Positions 35,244 to 42,001 of a DNA stretch of 42,001 bases are shown here, piece after piece (positions within the stretch are counted from its first letter, which is position 1; the number at the start of each line of letters is the position of its first letter). This DNA comes from Tubiluchus corallicola (Eukaryota > Animalia > Priapulida). The translations under genes were made by a program, and so were the position numbers. The notes beneath the pieces are model-generated. The model had not been told where the DNA came from. It worked only from the letters and a program-made list of their open reading frames with translations, and made no database searches. Location: NCBI GenBank assembly GCA_030141605.1, contig JAQGDQ010001415.1, positions 1-42,001 of the forward strand, written 5' to 3'.

Positions 35244-35527
35244 TGTTATAGCCAGGCATTAGCAACTTGTAAAGCAAAGGTGTTTCCTGAAAAAACAGTC
35301 AATTGGTGGTCAAGACTGAAAAAGCTATTCTAATTTATAAGCCAATTTTAAACGCCTTCAGTACTGTAAGTGTTTGCTACATTTTGCATGGGCTTATGAA
35401 AACTGCTCTTTTATATTTCATATTATAGCTCATATTCACTAAGCTCATATTATATTTCATAATTTTTGTAGGCTTCTGTACACTGGCAAAACACGTGACA
35501 CAATACATACATATCAAATAATGGATA

Positions 35528-36972
35528 CATTAGAAATTGTAGAATCTTTAATTATCACTGAATCTGAAGTGCAAACCTCGCCCAACTATCTAAGTTCTTT
35601 TATACCCAGGCTACAGCACAAATGTAAGTATTTGAAATCACTAGAAACTCAGCTACATAACCAAAGTTATAATGATTATCACCTATGGACAATTACCTAC
35701 CTACATCCTGTTCTAGTTTCAGTTCCTGTTTTGAAGTGTTTGCATATAGTTTATATGTTTTCACGTTTCTGCCGCCTCTGCAACAGGCAATATGGGCTAT
35801 CTAGAGATGTTTTTCTTGAATTTCATAAAACTTTGCGAAGATTGCCTTGGTCAACAACTTTAACCCTATCGAGTGTTAGGAGTAGATGAATTTATGCTGT
35901 TAGCTGCAGATAGGAATGAGTAGAACTCTAATAAATGTTGATGCATCATTGTTTACAACAGATGGAGTAGAATTTTCCTAGAAATGTAAATCAGCTCTCC
36001 AGACAGGTAAACACCTTTCGTCAAATTTGGGACGATCTTGACCATTATATTTTACAACATAACTTGAATGAAATTTTAGACTGGTGCAGCAAATTGTTGA
36101 TGGCCTTTAAACCCGGCAAATGTGCTTTGCCTGGCATACATTCTAAATCTGTCACATCCTGCTTTCTAAATAACGCATAGATATCTGAGAAAAGCTACAA
36201 CTTCTCTTGTATCAGCGAATATGAGATGCATCGGCTTGTTCAACGAAAGTTTGGAGTTGATCCAGTAAAGAAAAGCTTTCAACTCGTAGAGCTTCCTTCT
36301 CTATCTATTATTACTTGTCTCTGTTAATTCTTCGTAATGCTTCTTTAGCTCACAGTTGTAAGTTTGTCCTTAAAGAACTTTGTATTTTTTCTACAGCTGC
36401 TGTATGTTTTACTGTTACTGAAAAGAGTTTAGAAAATTCATAAAATAAACTCATAAGTGCTTCATCAGCTGACAGTGTTAACGCCGTTATGTACCGCCTT
36501 GCCCTGCATTGTAACACAGCACTGTGTGTACTACCTTGTTGCGCATTAAACCACCATGTACCGCAGAACGATATTCTGCCTCACTACATATCACTCTGCC
36601 ATGTACTGCAGAGAGGTATACTGCGCATTACATACCACTTTGCTATGTACCTCAGAGTGTGCATATGCAAAGGTAAGACAATCGTTCAACCTCGCAACAA
36701 GTAAACAAACAAAACACGGTAATCACTCGATTGATGTGTTACCTAGTAGCTGCAATAGACAGATTTTTTTCCACATTTTAACTTTCGTCCGAAAGTCCTC
36801 AGCGTTTTGCTGCCATGGCAGTTTTCAGTTTTGGCGAATCGACTATAGAGTCCCCACCTTTCGTTATCATGTACTACTGCTGCTATTGCGAAAACAATAA
36901 GTTTTATAATTTTAACTCATGTTGTCCATTTTTTTTAACATGTTTTGATAATAAACCTAATGACAAACAACA
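35528..36972. repeat. Arrestin-upstream block (paralog of the interrupted copy 16870-24843), containing a CR1 RT remnant
   Basis: Direct similarity; 36040-36130 (+) reads DHYILQHNLNEILDWCSKLLMAFKPGKC, the CR1 LQxDL..L..W...M.FN..KC pattern. Confidence 0.85.
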
Positions 36973-37639
36973 AAGAGCAGCTATGATCTTTATCTCTGCT
37001 ATTTAACAAAAAAGAATTAAGCAAATTACATACAAGTATTTCAAGTTTTGTCAGATTCCGTTATAAAGTGCAGCAATATTTAGGATAGATTTGACTGCAG
37101 TTTTCGTGCTTCTGGGACCTGGGGTACCCTCGTTATGACAGGGCTTTCGTTACTTCTAGATCGGGTTTTTTATATAAAATCACCCTAAACTGCAAGTGAG
37201 CCAAAATTTTGGTGTCTGACAGACAATGTCTATCCTTGCTGGTATCCTGTCTCGGAAGACAATGGAGTGTGCGCCAAGAGAGTCAGTTAGTAATCAAATT
37301 GATGGAGCGGCAGCGTCGACTGTGGCTGAGCCGTCCGATCCTTGAACAGCAGTTAGACAGTCGATAGCGCCCGAGCTCACGCGAATTTGCTCTAGGCTTA
37401 TAACTTGTAACTGCTGCCTTCCGTGTTGTTTCTGTCACTGGAGGAGTGCTACTGGAGTGGCCTCTGAAGAGCACACACCTGGGCAAGGTGTATGGAGATC
37501 CTGAGTTGCCCAGACAACAGGAACTCCCTCTTTTCCTCCCTGGTGTAGTCCAAAGGAAATCGGAGCGATACGTTTGGCACCAGGTTGACAAAGTCTATAT
37601 GAGCTAGATAATTATGTAGAATTATATTATGTGTAATTA

Positions 37640-37714
37640 TAACCTAGCCACTGGGGGGGGAGCAAGCCAGCCCAACTCAGTGCCGGTCCCAAGCCCGGAT
37701 AAATAGGGAGGGTT
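37640..37714 (+). ncRNA. Twister ribozyme (type P1 layout with P3) at the 5' end of an RTE element
   Basis: U37640-AA; P2 CCTA(37643-46)/TAGG(37704-07); GC(37647-48) pseudoknot with GC(37693-94); P3 ACTGGG/CTCAGT; P4 CCGG/CCGG around loop TCCCAAGC; ATAAA; GAGGG(37708-12) pairing with loop CCC. Core GCCGGTCCCAAGCCCGGATAAA matches the twister core as I recall it. Confidence 0.88.
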
Positions 37715-38202
37715 AGGGTCAGGAAGGGCATCCGCCTGTAAAAACTGCGCCAAAACCTTCTATGAATGAGATATCCACAAAGAAGTGGTCAGACCTGCTC
37801 TAATCTATGGGCTGGAAGCAGCTTCTCTAAAGAAGACCGAAGAGAAGAAAATGGATGTGGTGGAGACGAGGATGTTGAGATGGATGCTGGGAATAACGAG
37901 AAGAGATAAAATTAGAAATAATAATATCAGAGGAACAGTGAAAGTAGTGGAAGCCTCGCAAGATTGCGATGGTATGGACACTTGAAAAGAAGAGTCGGTG
38001 AAGATCATGTGGGAAGGGAGGTCATGGAAATGGAAGTGCTGGAAAATAGAAGAAGAGGACGACCCAAGCGGAGATGGCTTGAATGTATTAATGGAGACCG
38101 TAGAGAGAAGAACATAAATGAAGAGATGGTCAACAATAGGAATGGAGAAGACTCATTCACAACGGCGACCCCGCATAGGGAAAAGCTGGGAAGAAGAAGA
38201 AG
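37641..38202 (+). mobile_element. Bipartite (internally deleted) non-autonomous RTE element
   Basis: 17-bp TSD ATATTATGTGTAATTAT (37624-40 and 38203-19), (AAG)n tail, RTE-type 5'UTR (GTCAGGAAGGGCATCC) joined at about 37780 to the ORF C-terminus (VRPALIYGLE...RMLRWMLG...RWYGHLKRR...RGRPKRRW). Confidence 0.92.
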
Positions 38203-38416
38203 ATATTATGTGTAATTATCCAGCTAATTTGGTCTTTGTCAGTCGAACACAACCAGGATAAAGATAATATCTGGCCACTGGCATTGGCTGTGAATTGTTT
38301 TTCGTCATTTTTATCAAGTTTCTTACTTTAAACCACGGGGGCTGGCAGTAGATTTTGAACATCTCTAGTCTAGTATCACGAAACGGATAATCGGTTAATT
38401 TGTTAGTTTATATGAG

Positions 38417-39028
38417 TAGTGGCGGCTTGTAGCTAAAGTTAGTGTGGGTGTGCTGCTTCAGAAAATGTTTTGCCATTGTTTCAACACCATGTAAAACGTA
38501 ACAAACATACGTAATTTTAATAATGTAGTTATATTTGAAGATTGGGTGTTGAATGGCCACTTTTCTTAACTGCAACTTTCTTATGGAGAGACAACTGTGA
38601 AAAATTAAGCTGTTGTTACTTCACCTACAGTCACAGAACTTATTTCTTGGGGATGCGAGGCGTCCATTATTAATAATTTATGCTTTAAGCACACACGCTA
38701 AGTTTACACTTTATCACATCCAAGAATATGATGGTACACGGTAAACAAGTACAGAGGCAGTACTTTTCAATCTAGCAGCAGATATCGGCATACAGCACGT
38801 TGTCTCAGACACGTGCGCATAGCCGCTTGCACACAACAGTCATGCACCACCGTTGCTTGGGCTGTGAAGCAAATTGTACTTCCCTCACGTGCTCTGTAGC
38901 TCCAGTTCCGCGCAAGTATAAAAAATAGAACTAAAGAAAAAAGACTCATTATATTGAATATTATCAATAAAAATAAGTGAAAACAGGGGTGCTGCAGTAT
39001 CACAGTACCTATACATGAGCCGCCACTG
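38417..39028. mobile_element. hAT-type MITE (612 bp)
   Basis: TIRs TAGTGGCGGCTTGT / ATGAGCCGCCACTG; 8-bp TSD TATATGAG / TATATAAG (1 mismatch). Confidence 0.85.
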
Positions 39029-39046
39029 TATATAAGCATTGTAAGC

Positions 39047-39860
39047 TAGAAGTATTTGGTTCATAGTTCAGGAAAACTTTTCCTCATTAGAAGTATTTGG
39101 TTCACATTTCAGGAAAACTTTTCCTCATTAGAAGTATTTGGTTCATATTTCAGGAAACCTTTTCCTCATTAGAAGTATTTGGTTCACATTTCAGGAAAAC
39201 TTTTCCTCGTTAGAAGCATTTGGTTCATATTTCAGGAAAACTTTTCCTCATTAGAAGTATTTGGTTCACATTTCAGGAAAACTTTTCCTCATTAGAAGTA
39301 TTTGGTTCATATTTCAGGAAAACTTTTCTTCATCAGAAGCATTTGGTTCATATTTCAGGAAAACTTTTCCTCATTAGAAGTGTTTGGTTCACATTTCAGG
39401 AAACCTTTCCTCATTAGAAGTATTTGGTTCATATTTCAGGAAAACTTTTCCTCATTAGAAGCATTTGGTTCACATTTCAGGAAAACTTTTCCTCATTAGA
39501 AGCATTTGGTTCACATTTCAGGAAAACTTTTCCTCATTAGAAGCATTTGGTTCAAATTTCAGGAAAACTTTTCCTCATTAGAACTATTTGGTTCATATTT
39601 CAGGAAAACTTTTCTTCATTAGAAGCATTTAGTTCACATTTCAGGAAAACTTTTCCTCATTAGAAGCATTTGGTTCAAATTTCAGGAAAACTTTTCCTCA
39701 TTAGAAGTATTTAGTTCATATTTCAGAAAAACTTTTCTCATTAGAAGCATTTGGTTCATATTTCAGGAAAACTTTTCCTCATTAGAAGCATTTGGCTCAT
39801 ATTTCCGGAAAACTTTTCCTCATTAGAAGCATTTGGTTCATATTTCAGGAAAACTTTTTC
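39047..39860. repeat. 41-bp minisatellite, about 20 copies
   Basis: Unit TAGAAGYATTTGGTTCAYATTTCAGGAAAACTTTTCCTCAT head-to-tail with no spacers. Confidence 0.98.
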
Positions 39861-40041
39861 TGACTTTTTTCTTATATAAACTAATTTTTAGTGAGGTTGG
39901 TAATGCACATTAAGAAATTGGAATGAATTTTAAAAGGTAAAATATGATATGAAATTATATCATTGTGATTTTGGTTTTTATAGTCAGAATTAGAAAAGAG
40001 AACCATTTAACACTTTTTCGACTACTGCTCACAACAGCAAT

Positions 40042-41868
40042 ATGGGAAAGCTTAGAAACTTGGAAATTCATTTCTTAAACTGTGCTCAGCCAGCCCCGGT
40101 GTTTTATGCCGGGCAGACAATATCCGGGCAAATGGTGGTGGAACTCAGTGAACCAATGAAAATGAGAGGTAAGTAGTAGGGATACAATATCTCTGTGTCA
40201 TAGGGTTGCCATCTTTTCACAAATCAATACCAAGAATAAAGAAGCAGCCAGGGCTTCTGCTGGCAGCACTGTAAGCTTCCAAAAGTGGGCTATTCCACGG
40301 AGCACCGCACAGTGACGCATTTCCTGTATTTCAGACATTTTACGAGGTCTGTTTTGGAAATGAAAATCTTGATTTCAGACTCTTAAAAGTGTAAAACTTT
40401 CTTGAATTTTCTGTTACTGAGACCTGTAACCCTTGTGCACTCAAATAAGCTCAAGCAAAGTCTGCAAATCACCGAAGATTACTTGCACTACACTTGCTAC
40501 TGCAACTAAAATTGGCAAAAAGTGTAGGCGGGGTGAAAAGATGAAACTTTATAGCAGAATTAAACTTAATTTAATAAGTTTGCTGTTTTCTTAACAGAGA
40601 TTCTGCCATTTTTAACTTAACCTTGTGCAAAGTTACAATAGCATGAACATGCATATTTGTATTTTTCACTTAAACTTCTACTCGATGGTAAAAACCTGTA
40701 AATTTTGGAATTTTCCAAAAGTCCAAGCGAACTATGGATATATGGCTGAATTTCAGGAGACTCTGGAGTAATAGCAACCCTGCTGTGTCACTCCCTCATG
40801 CACACTTTCAATTTCAAGACTTGGTTCAGGAGGCGGAAGTCGATTTTTGAATCTCTTCAATGAATAGGCCCAGTTGGCCTGCAGAGCAGCTTACCAGTAA
40901 ATTTTCAATCAATGCAAGAATGATTCACACTTCACGTCCAACTTTTACATTTTTAACCACTTTTGGTCAAACAACGTAGATTTGAATTCCTGTTAAATTC
41001 GCTTTCCAATTACTGAAAATGCACTGTAAATTACATTCACATGCCAAGATTTTAGTTGCAAATACCTCTTTGCTAGACAAGGTCTTTGGTTTCTAAAATG
41101 AACTGTACATTTGTTGCAAGCAAATTTGCTCATTTTTTGGCAAATTGCCAACTATGAATAGGAAATTGGAATTGCAAACACAAAATGATTCAGCGCAAAC
41201 AGTATAACATCCGCTAGGAGGGTACATAATGATGCAAATAGCATTTCATATAAAACTGGTGTTTATCACCAGTTTATCGGTTTTGTTCAAATTTCAATTA
41301 CAATGCAAAAATTTTCAAATATTTATCTCTTAATTTTAATTTGAACATAATTTTATTATGCGATTTATGCCAGAAAGTTTTAACAACTTATACCCGCGCA
41401 CGCCTCGCTTAGTAAATTCAATAACTGTTAGTAAATTGATATAAACACAATATTTGCAGAATTATTAGTTACATTATGTGAGTAAAAATAAAATAAAAAC
41501 TTAATGGTACATAGTTATATGATTAGCCTGTAAAAATATCACTAAACATGAATCTTCGCTACATACATAAAATAGTTTCAATTATCATTATTTAAAGCGT
41601 TTAAATTCAGTTACAAATGTCTGCAGACAATCAAATATTTTACAATTATTTACGTAACTTAATTTTGAACTCTATATCTTTATCACTTATTTTAGTACTT
41701 GCATGACATTCTAATGTATAGGTATTCGAGTGAAATTTGAAGGATCGGCAAATGTAAGTTGGTCAGAGAGTCGATCTCGCACTCGCGATGGAAAAACTGA
41801 GCACTATACTGTTCACTACAGCAACCACGAAACATACTTTAAGCATGCAGTTACTGTGTATGGAAAAC
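40042..41868 (+). CDS. Alpha-arrestin (ARRDC-like) paralog 2, first two coding exons (continues beyond the window)
   Basis: Exon 40042-40168 MGKLRNLEIHFLNCAQPAPVFYAGQTISGQMVVELSEPMKMR (28/42 identical to paralog 1, same 127-nt length and phase); exon 41722-41868 GIRVKFEGSANVSWSE...YSNHETYF; GTAAGT donors. Confidence 0.93.
40201..40782. mobile_element. hAT (Tip100-like) MITE in intron 1 of arrestin 2
   Basis: TIRs TAGGGTTGCCA / TAGCAACCCTG; perfect 8-bp TSD CTGTGTCA (40193-200 and 40783-90). Confidence 0.88.
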
Positions 41869-42001
41869 GTAAGTTTTTTTCCGTTTTTCTTTTGCACTTA
41901 CGAGTTGTGAAGTTTAATCACGCATTCGTGAGAGAGCATACAAAGTGTGATCAAGATTTTCGTAATTTAGCATAGGGTTTTTTTTGGTTTTCATTACATA
42001 G

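Noticed and set aside
37210-38251. Possible TIR/LTR element hosting the RTE insertion
   Set aside because: Ends are only loosely inverted and no target-site duplication was found.
39047-39860. CRISPR-like array (palindromic repeats)
   Set aside because: Units are contiguous with no unique spacers, there are no cas genes, and the context is eukaryotic; ORFs 39220..39417 and 39302..39499 are repeat artefacts.

Overview
AT-rich, intron- and repeat-rich eukaryotic (probably invertebrate animal) DNA; no prokaryotic features, rRNA, true tRNA or CRISPR array. Left part (1-15.3 kb): a tandem segmental duplication carrying two minus-strand spliced spectrin-repeat-like genes. They share their first-exon start and last exons, have unrelated middle exons, and their shared exons differ more than their introns. 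Decayed CR1-group LINEs lie between them. Middle (17.1-22.7 kb): a near-intact non-LTR retrotransposon (ORF1 = PHD + coiled coil + 3 CCCH fingers; ORF2 = APE + RT + CCHC-type finger) with a candidate -1 frameshift site joining ORF1 to ORF2. It sits in a duplicate of the arrestin upstream region that also holds a solo LTR. Right part (27.9-42 kb): two head-to-head alpha-arrestin (ARRDC-like) paralogs, one complete 8-coding-exon 408-aa gene and one partial. Around them are hAT-type MITEs, a splice-donor-amplifying VNTR, an intronic fold-back with a hammerhead-like remnant, a 41-bp palindromic minisatellite, and a 562-bp bipartite RTE element whose 5' end is a twister ribozyme starting exactly at its cleavage site. 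Exon models and counts were made by hand from GT-AG sites and frame; no database searches were run.
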